Positions 11,326 to 23,200 of a stretch of DNA of 64,000 nt are shown here, one piece after another (positions within the stretch are counted from its first letter, which is position 1; every line of letters starts with the position of its first letter). Source of the DNA: Penicillus capitatus. Its lineage: Eukaryota; Plantae; Chlorophyta. The DNA lies in contig OZ287698.1 of assembly GCA_965649825.1 (NCBI GenBank), positions 1,503,949 to 1,567,948 of the forward strand, written 5' to 3'. The position numbers and the translations under genes were made by a program. A model generated the notes under the pieces. The model worked only from the letters and a program-made list of their open reading frames with translations. It was not told where the DNA came from and did not search any database.

Positions 11326-12444
11326 TCAGCTGAGTGCATCACATTCGTGGACATCTGTAACAGTCACCCTCTTCTGATTGTCGATGACATAAGAGATCAG
11401 TGCCCTGTCAACGGCCAGACGATACACCATGTCTTGTGTTTCGAACGAGCTGTCCTTCAGCCTTCGATGTGTTGATCTCATGTCTCGAAGAAGACTGCCT
11501 TGAACACATGAATAGAAATCCTCAAAGGATTCAAAGAAGGTCTGTTGTTTCTGATACGCTTCTCTCCAGACATGATGCATTTCTTCTCTCCAGGAAGGAG
11601 GAATAGTGACTTTCGCTATATGTAGTGGCTCGTTTTGAGTCTTCTGCTCAAGCGGAAGCCACTCTGGTACGTGAGTATTTGGCACCGCATCGTAGCCTGG
11701 AATGTAAGGCTTAACGTCCAGAATCGGAGTACCATCAATCATGTCGATTCCGGCAAGGTGAATGCATCCGACTTCAATCTATCACGCGAAAGGTAAGTCA
11801 GCCTTAACTTCTCCTCGCCATTATAGAAAACCCTTACATGAAGAATTCTGGCAATGCTCAGACCAATGTTGTTGAAACGGTGAGGTGTCCTTGTAGCGAA
11901 TACGCCAATTCTCTTTCCGTTCAATCGGGGCATTTGAACCTTTGCTTTGAATCCCTTTCCTCCAAGCCGTTTGTGCAGATTTGTATTCTCATGGAAGACA
12001 TAGATCATCCACAGATGACTGAAACCCTTCAAGTCTGAATAGGATACATGCGGTATCTCCTTGTTAAATACAAGTCTGGCCCGTGCTTCGGGTACGAGAA
12101 GTGCCTGTCGGGGTGTCCCGTTCCTGTTTAAATCTTCATTGTGAGACCGACCCTTCGGACATCTGATACCGTTGCTGAAAACAAGAGTCGATGTAACCAA
12201 TCTGCTCGAAGTCTTTCGTCCTTTGGTCGTGGTTGCCTGGAGAGTCAAGCACTGCTCGCAGCGCCACCTATAGAATCCGCATTCGAGAGGGGAGAGTGCG
12301 TGGGCGAGTGCATAATACCTCGGCTTTGATCCTCCCTTTCCTTTCCATCGCCCGGTTGCATTGTGCAAGTGCTAATTTGGACCTCAGGCGCACGATCCAA
12401 GCCAACAATACGGTAAGAATCAAAGCTGCGATAAACAGCAGCAT
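11326..12444 (-). CDS. trmO: TsaA/TrmO-family tRNA m6t6A37 methyltransferase with N-terminal hydrophobic/coiled segment
   Basis: Three GT-AG introns join MLLFIAALILTVLLAW...ERKGRIKAE, IGYIDSCFQQRNGTPRQ, GFSHLWMIYVFH, GVFATRTPHRFNNIGLS and DMIDGTPILDVKPY, which are TsaA-family motifs. Confidence 0.88.
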
Positions 12445-13564
12445 TGTATAAGCAAGCTCGTCGACATGACAGCATCAATGTCGATTTCGCAATTCTTGAG
12501 TATGCATGCGTCAAGTGCCTACCGAGCAACGGCGTCAGATACCAAACACACTTTCAATCGAGCATATCTGATACCGCCTGCCCAATGGTACGGAGATCGT
12601 GACAAAGGTAGGTCGCTGAAAGCCCTCATCTCGGGCGGCAGGTGTCAACGCGTCCTCGGTGTTCGCTTTATCGTTGAGGTGATTTGTAGAGAACTTCTGG
12701 ATATCGTCGTGTGCTTGTGGAGATTGAAGACATGCAAAAAAGGCTGTAGATATTAAGTCCCGAGGCCTTTGATGTCTTAGATGACGTAAGTCAGCTACCA
12801 TACATGATCATTAACAGTTGAAGGAATCTTTGAAGATTGGAACGCAGTTGTGGAAACCCTCTAACGAGCTTCAAGATCTGTCGCCCTAAGAGACCAACGG
12901 GGATATGTTCAAATCACTATATTGCAAGCCCTTCAGAGACGGAAGTGATCCAAGAAGATGCAGACTCGATAAACAAAGCTATTCACAACACAGAATGAGA
13001 GCGGGGTAAAAAGAAGCGTCAAGATGGCCATCCAGAGAATTCATGTTCCATAGAGCTTGAGGGCTTTTTCTCGCAAAGGGCCTAATGCAGGCGGATATTA
13101 TGTCGAAGAAGGGATGAGGAATGATGTTCTTCGGAGAACAGTAACAGTGTATCTTTGATGTTAGAGTTTAGGAGGAGATCTTACATACCGGCCACGAAGA
13201 CGACGCACTCAAAAAGTCTCGCTTAAAACGGAATCTCTTGCCGACACAATGAACATCTTTGCTTTGACAGATCAAAGCAAAACTGTTTCGCACATCGAGC
13301 TTTCCAACCGAACTGCCAAACATGCAGTAGGCCGCCGTCTACCAATTTTTCTTCGATGCCATAAAATGTCTACCCGCAGGCATGCTCCCGGCAGTCTGCG
13401 ACCACTTTGAAGAACAACGCGGTTTACGTGTTTGAATAATGACCCACCAGAGAAGATTGACCATCCCCTCACTAAACAAAAAAGGAAGAGAAAAAAGTGC
13501 AGCACACGGACCAGCACTGAGACAAGGAACAGCTGAAAGCTGTCAGCCCAAAAATAACTGAGGC

Positions 13565-15254
13565 TCAGATACGAGTGATGCGACCTTCCACGACAGGGGC
13601 CAGAGCCCACGCTTGGAACTCCTCCTCGTACTGGATCGGCGAGGCCGGTTTCCAATTCTTCTTTGCGTCGGGATGATTCTCGAGGAACTTCTTTATTCTT
13701 TTTGCTGCTCTCTCGGCCCACTTAGGAACATCATCAGATTTCGCGAAATCCGACGACTTTCTCAGGATAAAGAGGTTGAAGTAGATGCGCGGCGGCAGCA
13801 CTGGACAGATCTCGCTGTCTTTTATCACCTTAGCCTTGGGAAACATCGTGTACCCATCATTCCCTTTGGCAAGGTATTCTCCAGTCGACACCTTGTACAT
13901 GGCGTCCAGCTGCACTGTTTCTTCACGGTCTTCAATGAAGACAGAATCCTTCACAATGCGACTTCCTTCCGGTTGAGAGGCATCAAATGAGAACTTTATG
14001 CCAGACACCTGCAGGAAGCGGCCTTCGAGGGAGTCTGCTGCAGAAACCGAGTTCTCCAGGGCTTCAAGCAATAACTCTCCTGTCATTTCCAGCACCACTG
14101 TTGGACTCGTGAAGGCCAGAATGGACATGATATCTTCTCGAGTCAATGGTCCTCTGTGGTGAATGCGATCAGAGCGAAGGCTGCCTGAGTTGAGAAGGCA
14201 AATCTCTGCTTTCGATGCCTTTTTTAGGATGTCTGTGACGTAGTTGCCCAGACAGCATTCTTGTGTACGCACTGTGGTGAAGCGTCCATCGAGCTCGACC
14301 GCAGTATAACCCAACACTTCATTCATTTCGTCTCCCATAGATTCGACATACTTGTCCACGATCGCTTTCACTTCTGGATCTTCCTCGACATCACCTGTGA
14401 CCGATAATTGCTCAAATGTGCACTTCTTCTCGCCATCGGAGCTGATGTTGACGTCCACTTTCGACAGGTATCGGAATTCCGTGCCAGATTTGACTAGCAC
14501 TTGTCCATGGGGCTCAACGTATTCGGCACTGTAGTCGTGATCGTGGCCCCCGCATACAATGTCGATTTCAGGAACCTTTTCCAGCAGAAGCCTGTCGCTT
14601 GCTCGGAGCATGTGTGTGATGGCGACGATCAGCTGGGCTCCATCGGCAAGCAATTTCTGCGCAAGCTCTTGGCCCATTTCGACAAAGTCGCGATAGCCGA
14701 CGTCTTCGGGTTCGACGTCTCCAAGCGTTTCAATCCATTCGTCTTCAACAAGTCCCATAAACCCGATCTTCACACCGTTTCTCTCCATCATGTGAGTGGG
14801 TTCCAGACCGCACAAGACATCGCCTACGCAGTCGAATAAGCGCGACAGTGACGCTGTCCGACTCACCTGTCTCCTTGTCAAAAATGTTCGCCACCAGCCA
14901 CGGAAACGTCCATTTAGCCTTGTAGTCTTCGAACTTATCGATGCCGAAGTCCAAGTCGTGGTTGCCCAGACATGCGATATGTGTGCCGACTGCGTTCAGT
15001 ATCGGCACCATGTGTTCGCCCTCGGTGACAGTCGACATCACGGAGGGACTCAAGGAGTCGCCGCTGAAGACGACAATCGGATCTTCTTCTGCATATCTTT
15101 TCACCTTTGGCACCAATTGTCAGGACGGCGCCGGCAAAACGCCAGATCTATTAACTAGAGTAGCGAGTCGAGATGCTCCTCCGACGGGCTCCGTTTCGGA
15201 TGGCTCAATGTTGTAGACGTCGCAGTAATGAAGTATGAGCACTTTCTTAGACAT
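13565..15254 (-). CDS. 5'-nucleotidase/apyrase family (calcineurin-like phosphoesterase + 5'-nucleotidase C-terminal domain)
   Basis: Motifs HYCDVYN, SGDS, LGNHDLDFG, ITHM, GGHDH, NSGSLR and GRFLQVSG; two GT-AG introns (RLATL|VKRY, KETG|DVLC). Confidence 0.9.
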
Positions 15255-16300
15255 CCTGCACGAAGCTTCACCGACTGCCGAGAGAAGAACGACGAAAGGC
15301 GGCTTCAAATTTTCGCCTTAGACGTTCTGATGCAATCGAATGTCGACTACGCCAAATATAGATTCCAAGCCCACGTGCAGTGAAAAACTGTGCTTCAGAG
15401 GTGCCAGCAAGCGTACAAGATTCCAGATATCTCGCGTGCCCTTTGCATCTGACGGCATGCCTGCACGTAGTATTCACAGAGTGACAGATATATCTTCTTT
15501 CAGCTTCCGGATCAGATAGATAGACATTCGACGGAGATCCCTCTCCTCCTGAAGTCAAGGTTTCAATACGTCATCGCAAAGAGAACATCATCGTGATGAA
15601 GTGCTTAGCTATGATAGTCACTTCCGACTTTTCTGCAGGCTTCCCTCGAAGCATAGCCTAGTCGGACCCAATGCACAACTGTCACTTCAACAGACACTTT
15701 GTTTCTCGAAGGCGAATCCTGACGTTTCCGATCTCGACGCCGCATTGCATTTGTCTTGCTTTTCTCTTTGTATTTAGCATCTCGAACAAAGACGCGGAGA
15801 TAACGGAATCGAGCGGTGGTCAGTTCTCTTCACTCAATCGTCATTTCCCATTTTAAGGGGATCAGTTTTGTGGCCTTTTTACTGTTTTCAGATCGATGGG
15901 TAGGTTGTCAGTTAGTTGAGTGCATACACTGCAGATTTAGGATCTGAGTGGGACGGGTATTGTGATGCCAATGATGCATTGAAGAATGTACTTACAAGAG
16001 GGAACAGGAGCGAAATCGGTCATGAGCGTTAGGGTAAGATCAGTACACTGGTCAGCGAACTAGAAGAGACTTCGCGATGTTTTATCTGCTCAGCGTTGCT
16101 GCAGAAACACACCGTAACGAAGTGATGGGATCATTGTAGACCGCTTGCATTCCCAGCGCGGGAATTTTAGAAAATCGTTGTCATCGATGTGCATGTTTCA
16201 ATCACCGATACTATTGCTAGTACCTGTCACTGTGGATGGAGACTTTCCGAACAAGACGAAAAACGTCGCGATTCGATATACTTCGAGATAGACAAAAAAT

Positions 16301-16485
16301 CTTAACACTGCAAGGCGTTCAGAAGCCTATTGATTGAAACTGACACAAAGAGATGTTCTGAGCGTTGGTTGAATCCAGATCGCTCAGTTTCTCAAAGACC
16401 TTAACACTGCAAGGCGTTCAGACGCCTAATGATTGAAACTGACAAAAAGAGATGTTCTGAGCGTTGGTTGAATCCAGATCGCTCA
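16301..16485. repeat. Two-copy direct repeat, 99-bp period (86-bp core)
   Basis: cttaacactgcaaggcgttcaga...gaatccagatcgctca at 16301-16386 and 16400-16485, with a few mismatches. Confidence 0.9.
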
Positions 16486-16553
16486 ATCTTTTGTTTGTCT
16501 GTGCCCACATCAGAAAGATGGCAAAAAATAAAATTGTTCGGCCACTGACGACA

Positions 16554-17748
16554 TTAGACTTCGTAGATGATTTCAATGAACTCTGCGTTGAAGTTTCTGG
16601 CGTAGCAAGACACTTCATCTGTCTTGGTGAAGAAACATGTTGGGGCTTCGGGGAATCGGCAAGTGCCTGTATCACATCCGCAAGCGCCTGTATCACATGC
16701 TTCCTCCCATCCCGTCCACTCGTCATCGTTGTAGATGTTAATGTAGAGTTTGTATCCATCGTTGCCGACGGCGAAGCACCAGATCGTGTATGGGTCTCTC
16801 GAGCTGATGCATTTTGGATCCGACAGGAAGTGGCCTCCGAGATCTTTCCAGTCTCCCCAGCCGGCGCCCTCAGTCCACGTCGCCCACATGATTTGATTTT
16901 TCCATCCAAGACCGAAGAAATCCATTCTATCTTCAGTGCCTGTGGCCGTGCCTTCGTGCTGTACTTCACGGCCTATGTTCTCCCATGGCTTAATTTCATT
17001 ATTGATGATTCTGAGATGCGAAATGGGATATGTGTCAACCTTATCACTTCTTCGGACTGCAAAACAGTCTATGTCTCCCTCATTGCGCGTAATGCACTGA
17101 AAAGGAGAGCCAAGAAAGCCAGCTTTTGTGCTTCTACCTTGCTGCCAAACTCCGTCGATAGCAACATAGTTGCCCCCCCCCATTTGCTGATGTCCTGCTA
17201 AAGCAGTCAAGACGACTGGCTGTAGAGTACACACATTCTGGCCGGTCCAAGAGAATATAAAAGTTCGGGTCAATAGACCATTCTGAATCCCATCCACCTG
17301 GAGTCTTCGACTTCTTCGTGTATCGATGGTCCAACGTCATCGTCAGGACATCAACGCGTCCTTCAGAATTGCTGGCGCATCCTATTCCGATGTAGGCGTT
17401 TCCGCCGAGATTGTTCGGACGAGTGTATTCGTGCGAGCATCCCGTTGTGTCAATGCCGATGAAAATGATGTTGAGTTCGTTGTTGGCAACAAAACAATCG
17501 ATCTTTCCTTCGGCCTCTTCGGTGCAGCATGGCGGCGCATACGCTTGGTCGAGGATCTTTGTTATTTTCTTCGTTTTGACGCACATTGCGTTGCTCGTTG
17601 CAACGTTCTTGTGAACCGCGTTCCCAGACGGAAGGAAAGGGCTTTTACGCATGACCGTGTGATCTATCTCGCCATCGGATACGTAACAAAATCCGGATCC
17701 GAACGTATGCAAGATCGTCAGCAAGAGGAGAACGGTTCGACAGCTCAT
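16554..17748 (-). CDS. Secreted Cys/Trp-rich 7-bladed beta-propeller, lectin-like; frameshifted at a G9 run in this sequence
   Basis: Signal peptide MSCRTVLLLLTILHTFGSGFC. Seven blade-like units (APPCC..KIDCFVA, GIGC..RVDVLT, RPEC..RLDCFSR, PFQC..DIDCFAV, ..RMDFFGLG, DPKC..TIWCFAV, APTC..VSCYAR) and GWGDWKDLGG motifs. The two ORFs fuse if the run at 17173-17181 is one base shorter. Confidence 0.7.
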
Positions 17749-17999
17749 ATCGCCAAAGACCAAAGGAAACGTGCAAAAAGAAAACAGCGCAAAAAACAAA
17801 CAGCTGCGTGGACTAAATAGTCGACCGAAGAAGCATCAGGAATATTGGCACTAAAATAGAATCATCCTTTGCACTCGGTTTTCTCTTAGGGTCGGTGATC
17901 CACTAAAGAAAACGTTCCTCTTTCTTTACTGCTTTTAGTTGGGGCGTTTTGGAAGACAGATAATAGACGACGAAAGACGAGAGGTGGCGTTTCTTACCT

Positions 18000-18132
18000 A
18001 CAGCACCGACGTTCGGTCGGTTAGTTAGACAGCACCGACGTTCGGTCGGTTAGTTAGACAGTACCAGTTAGTTAGACAGCACCGACGTTCGGTCGGTTAG
18101 TTAGACAGCACCAGTTAGTTAGACAGCACCGA
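18000..18132. repeat. Minisatellite of mixed 29-nt hairpin units and 18-nt hairpin-less units
   Basis: cagcaccgacgttcggtcggttagttaga at 18001, 18030 and 18077; cag(c/t)accagttagttaga at 18059 and 18106; partial unit at 18124. Confidence 0.95.
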
Positions 18133-18341
18133 GGTTTTACAGTGACAAAAAAGTGAATAACACTCTTGTTATGTAAATGCATAAGATTCGTGTACTCTGC
18201 TAGCCCACACATAATCAACTTTGAGCCGGAGATCGACCAGATGACTCGGATGCATCGTTAGCTTGGATGGCTCGGTGACATAGAAAGGGATCTGGGACAG
18301 CAACGGCAACTGCCAAGCGGAAGGATGTGGGTTCGACCTTC

Positions 18342-19754
18342 TCAAGCTGAACTGCTTCTGGCAACCCTTCTCTCCGTCGCTTCTTCGACAAATGGATCTC
18401 TTACGGAGGAAACCAGCAGCGCTATGAGCAGATAGCCGCCGCCGGACACGGACATCGCCACCTCCGGTCCTGCAACGTCTATTAGCTTCCCAAAGACGAT
18501 GGGTGCCACGACAGCACTGAGAGTGGTGAACACATTGTACAGTGAGGAGGCTGTGGAACGGACAGCTGCATCATTCGACGTAATTGCTAATGCAACGACG
18601 TGCGGGAAACACAATCCATCGGCAGTAATAGCGCAGATAAGCAACAGAAACCTCAGCAGGAAGTATGAAGATGGAGTGCCTGCCCATGCCAGCAGCGCCA
18701 TGCCAGTGATAGCGTAGGAGATGGATGAAAACAGAGAACGATTTCGGACGTCATAGCGACGCCCCAGAAGACATGCCATTCCCGCGATCAAGTATGGGAT
18801 GGCGGTCACGAGCACTGCAATGACCTCGTTGCCATTATCGGAACCGCAACTCTCCTCGTCTTCTCCTTCGTCTTCGTCCTCCCCGTACATCATATCGATA
18901 ACCAGCAGCGTCGCCCAGAACACGACGGAATTGAAGATTGCAAAGTCGATGGAGGAACAAAATGTGCACATCCTCCAAGTTCCATTGGCGAACACGGCCT
19001 TGACCTCCTGCCAGAACGAAACTCCAGAGGCGTCCGGCTGTAGATCATGTTCCAGTATGATCCATTGTTTCTCTTCTGCTTCCAGAAAGGAAGCTGTTTC
19101 AGGAGAATCCGGTAGGAGAGAATAAAGGACCGGCGAGAAAAGAATGGGCACCAGCCCCCCGACAAAAAAGAGTAACCTCCATCGCTCGACACCCACGTAT
19201 GTACCCAGACTCAACAGTCCTGCTGAGATAGGAGATGAGATGGGTATGGAGAAAAACACGGCGGACGCAATCGCACCGTAGGCCTTTGCCACGCGATCCA
19301 CCGGATAAAACAGACAAATGGTATACCACACTGCTGGAAATGTTCCTCCCTCTGCGACACCCAGCAATGTGCGCAGAATATAGAAATGCGTCGCCGTTTG
19401 GATGAATCCCATGGACAGTGCGACGCATCCCCATGAGAAAACGATGAAGGAGAACCAGACAGGAGCGCCAAAGCGTCTAAGCATGGTGTTTCCGATGACT
19501 TGAGTCGGCAGGTATCCCACATAGAACAGGCTGACGCCTCTGCCGTATTCTTCGTTTGTCAAATGCAGCTCGGTGCAAAGATCTTGTGCAGCGAATCCGA
19601 TGTTGCTTCGATCTGCGTAAGCAATTAGAACGACCACGACCAGCAGAACCAGAAATCGACGGTCGAGTTTCCGAACGATCTGCGAAGCGAAGTCGGAATC
19701 GACGACCGGTGTTTGTCCTTCCGACAGCAACGACAGGCTTCCTTCATCTTTCAT
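18342..19754 (-). CDS. MFS transporter, anion:cation symporter (tartrate/phthalate/allantoate-like) family, intronless
   Basis: 470-aa ORF with about 12 hydrophobic segments, RKLDRRFL, YADRSNIGFA, LRTLLGVAEGGTFP and RWRLLFFVGGL. Confidence 0.9.
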   Translation of the reverse strand: MKDEGSLSLLSEGQTPVVDSDFASQIVRKLDRRFLVLLVVVVLIAYADRSNIGFAAQDLCTELHLTNEEYGRGVSLFYVGYLPTQVIGNTMLRRFGAPVWFSFIVFSWGCVALSMGFIQTATHFYILRTLLGVAEGGTFPAVWYTICLFYPVDRVAKAYGAIASAVFFSIPISSPISAGLLSLGTYVGVERWRLLFFVGGLVPILFSPVLYSLLPDSPETASFLEAEEKQWIILEHDLQPDASGVSFWQEVKAVFANGTWRMCTFCSSIDFAIFNSVVFWATLLVIDMMYGEDEDEGEDEESCGSDNGNEVIAVLVTAIPYLIAGMACLLGRRYDVRNRSLFSSISYAITGMALLAWAGTPSSYFLLRFLLLICAITADGLCFPHVVALAITSNDAAVRSTASSLYNVFTTLSAVVAPIVFGKLIDVAGPEVAMSVSGGGYLLIALLVSSVRDPFVEEATERRVARSSSA

Positions 19755-20262
19755 CTGTACGAAAACAGTTGAGCGACGACTCTCACGGATAACTGTAGTG
19801 TACGATTCGAAAGTGGGATGGTGTAATTATTGAATTTCGATTAGAATTGGCCACAAATCTTTTCTAGAATACTGATGCAGACAGCATACACATGGCCATT
19901 GTATTCGCGAATTTAGACATCTTGATGCAAGTAAGATGTGGAGGATAGATCATTTTGATCGATGTGGCTTAGGACCATTTGTAGAACAGATAGCTTAAAT
20001 GATCAAGAACTGGATATCAGTTTTGCTGTAGCAGTTTCATCGAAGACAGTACACAATAGGAGGAAGGTCATGTCATAGAAAAACGGCAGGTGCAATACCA
20101 CGCCAACCGAGCCAAATGAAGTCCAACGCGTCTACAGTGCATGCATGGCAACATGGCAGTAAAACAAACCTTAATCCTGTGCAAAAGACTGCGCGGCACT
20201 TGATATTTTGCGACATTGTTCGACAGCTGAAGATCACTTCTCCCTCGAGTTCTCGCCGGTGT

Positions 20263-23200
20263 TTAACGAGTATCTCTCTTCTGAGTAAGCCCTTCTTGCA
20301 TCGTCGCCAAGGATGAAATGAAACTGTCGAGCTTTTGTCCGAGTGCTTCCTTGTCATGGTCCTGGATATCCATCTGTGATGCCGCTGCCTGAACGTGGCC
20401 TCGCAGCACATTGATCCCACTCTCGATTGAAGAAACGACGTCCTTCCATGGCAGTCCCTTTTCGTCTGCGCCCTTTCCTGAATGCACCCGTGCTTTCTTC
20501 GTGAGTCTGTCCTCTGGTCCACATTCTTCATACACTTCAATTGCCTTCTGTACTGTAGCACTGTACAAGTCACCCAGAGGTTCGTCGCCTACCGAACACA
20601 AATCTGAAAACGGACAAAGTCTCGAGCGCTGGACCCAGAGCCTCGAAATGATGATGACGCGTTTCTGAGGAAGAATGATCCGTGGAGGTATCTGGCTGCT
20701 TCTGCATCACTCGCATCATTTTCTGCATGAACGGGTGTTCTTGTGACGGCTGTGCAAGATTGTAAACATGGCTTGGGACCAGATCTGCAGCAGTGACACG
20801 ATTCGAACGTGATGCCGCGATCGTCATCTCGAAACATGTCCATTCGATATACCAATGTCGAGATGCATCAGACCACAATGCATGCATAAGTTCAGTCTAC
20901 ACAACACACCCCTCCATCACTGCACTTTAGAACATCACACGTACTGGTACGAAGTGGCCGGCTGTAATGCATTTCTGACAGAGTTGCGAGACGACGGAGA
21001 AGAGAGTGTTGAATCCGTCGAGGCATTTCATATGCAGAAGAACTGTTCTGGATAGAGCAGTCCAGTCCATGACAGACGCAGCCACTTCAAAGTTGTCGAG
21101 AATCACTTGGACAATCTGTTTTAGAATTCTGACATCGAGGTGGGACATTCTGCCGTTCCTTGCACTGCCAGCTTTCAAGAGCCCTTCGCATGTCTTGAGA
21201 ACATCCTGTTTTTCCTTGGTTCCTAGAGTTCGTTCCGTGTGATGATCTGCAGATGCTTCTGTTGTACCTGTTGCTTTGCCTTTCAGTTGCTGACTCAGAC
21301 CAGAGAAGAGTCTGAGATTCCAATATAAATGGAGCATGAGCAGCGCCGTATGCTCTTCTTCTTCCCGTGATTCCAGTAAAGCCTTCCCAAGCTGTCCATT
21401 CAAGAAACAGCTGTTTCAGAGAAAGGACGCTTTTAATGTGCACGACCTCGCACAACTGCTGTCGCTGTTTGGATAGGAATGGCCTATTCACTGCATCCAA
21501 GCTGTCCTTCGCCACTTCCAACAGATATGCCATAGCTGCGACAGACGAGAGATCGTCTAATGCTTCGACCGAAACGAACGGCTGCAAAAGCTGTTTCCTC
21601 AACGCTATATCCATGTCCTATATAGAGCACAGAGTAAGTTATCGTGCAAAACAGAGCTGATATGAAAGACGTTGAGTTGGGTCGTCACTGTCCAGCAGAG
21701 GTTCTGTAACATGTGAATGCATCTTGATTCCAGCTGAGCATCGATCTTCTTCTGCAATAGCACCGCGTTCAGCAGTTCGGTTGCATCCAGGATCTCATCG
21801 ATGAAAAGAGACATGTGATGAGACACAAATGATGCAGACGCTTTCTGAAAAATGATATGCCATAGATCGCCAGCCAACGCACAAACAAATGGATTCGAAT
21901 CCAACACTGAAGCAGAGCGATGAAGAAGTATTCAAACAGCAACGGAAGGACTTTACCCAAAAGCCGCAACGGTCTTGTCCACAGATCACATAGATTATCC
22001 AAATCATCTCTGACGGTAGTACGAGATAGAGCTCCACACAGGGCATGAAAAACGCATCTCTTCCATTCCCGATAGACAGAGATCTAGAAGAAAAGAGACG
22101 TTGCATCTGAGTGTTGAGCATCTGAGCCACTTCTGTGAAGGATCGAGTGTCTCCCAAGGTAGTCAGCAGCCATGATGGCACTCTTGCACTCAGCACACTG
22201 GACGTGTCGATGTCCATTTGATCCACGTGGCATATGAGAGAAGAAAGAAACACCACCAATGCTTCCTTCTGCTCTTGTGTCTTTGCTTCATCCAAGATGC
22301 TTTGCCAGACGATCTAGAACACAGAGGACTCATGATGGGAGGAATGGGACGCTTTCTCTGTGCACCTTCTTCTCTGGTGGTGGTATTCGACTGTGGGTGA
22401 GTACTAGACACAGCGTCATGTCTTTGACAACAAAAGCAATGCATTCCCTCTTCAACAGCACGATTTCTGAGTTGTCTTCCCTTTGTTCAAAGAAACATCT
22501 TTGCATCAGCTGTCGTTCTCAGATGACAATCGCACCGTTCAGGAACCAGAAAGGCACAGAGTTCCAGTACGCGGTTTCGAAAGTCCTCGCAGACATGAAC
22601 CAGATCCTGCGCATAGTGCAGCACGGTCTTCGTCAACTGTAGCGTCAAGAATCTAGCAAGCTGTGAATACATCATCAACTAAGAAAGAGATGTCTGTCGA
22701 TGATTTACTCTGATCTTAGCCTTCTCTTTTCGGTTCAGAATACGTTGAATTGTTATCTTCACACACGAGATCACATAAAAGAGATAGCTGCAAACATCAA
22801 ACTCTGCAGAGCGTAGAAAATCAACGAAGCAGAATAGATCTGTCGGTACCTTGAATGGTGAATTGTCTCGAAGACACAATCTTGGTGCAGTTCTGAAAAC
22901 AGGCATTCAGCAAGGTGTAGCCTCGGAACACACGCCCCTCGTCAGCTTTCTTTATCGCTTCTTCGAAGCAGTTCTTTCCTAAACGCACCAAACATGTTGC
23001 ATTAAAGCCTAGGATGAATGAAGCATGACCCATTTCAGCCAGATGACGACAGAAGGCACTCGCTGTTCTTTCTGGCACGCTTCTTGTTTGGAGAATACAT
23101 TCCGATAAGTCTGTTACCACAGACACAAAGCGCCGGGTAAGGAGTTGATAGTCGTCTGAGGAAAGACAACTCAGCCAACTAAACACACACAGATATCACG

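Noticed and set aside
13446-13460. U6-like cagagaagatt
   Set aside because: The match is short and the rest of U6 is absent.
13272-13721. 149-aa minus-strand ORF
   Set aside because: Overlaps the 5'-nucleotidase C-terminus in another frame and runs into its likely 3' UTR.
15222-15236. HYCDVY instead of HFNDVY in the 5'-nucleotidase
   Set aside because: The metal-binding Asp and the other motifs are intact; likely ordinary variation.
16329-16460. Box C/D snoRNA-like TGATTGA...CTGA in the 99-bp repeat
   Set aside because: Box C is imperfect, the C-D span is about 30 nt, and there is no terminal stem or recognisable guide.
18000-18132. CRISPR-like array of palindromic repeats
   Set aside because: No unique spacers, no cas genes, eukaryotic context.
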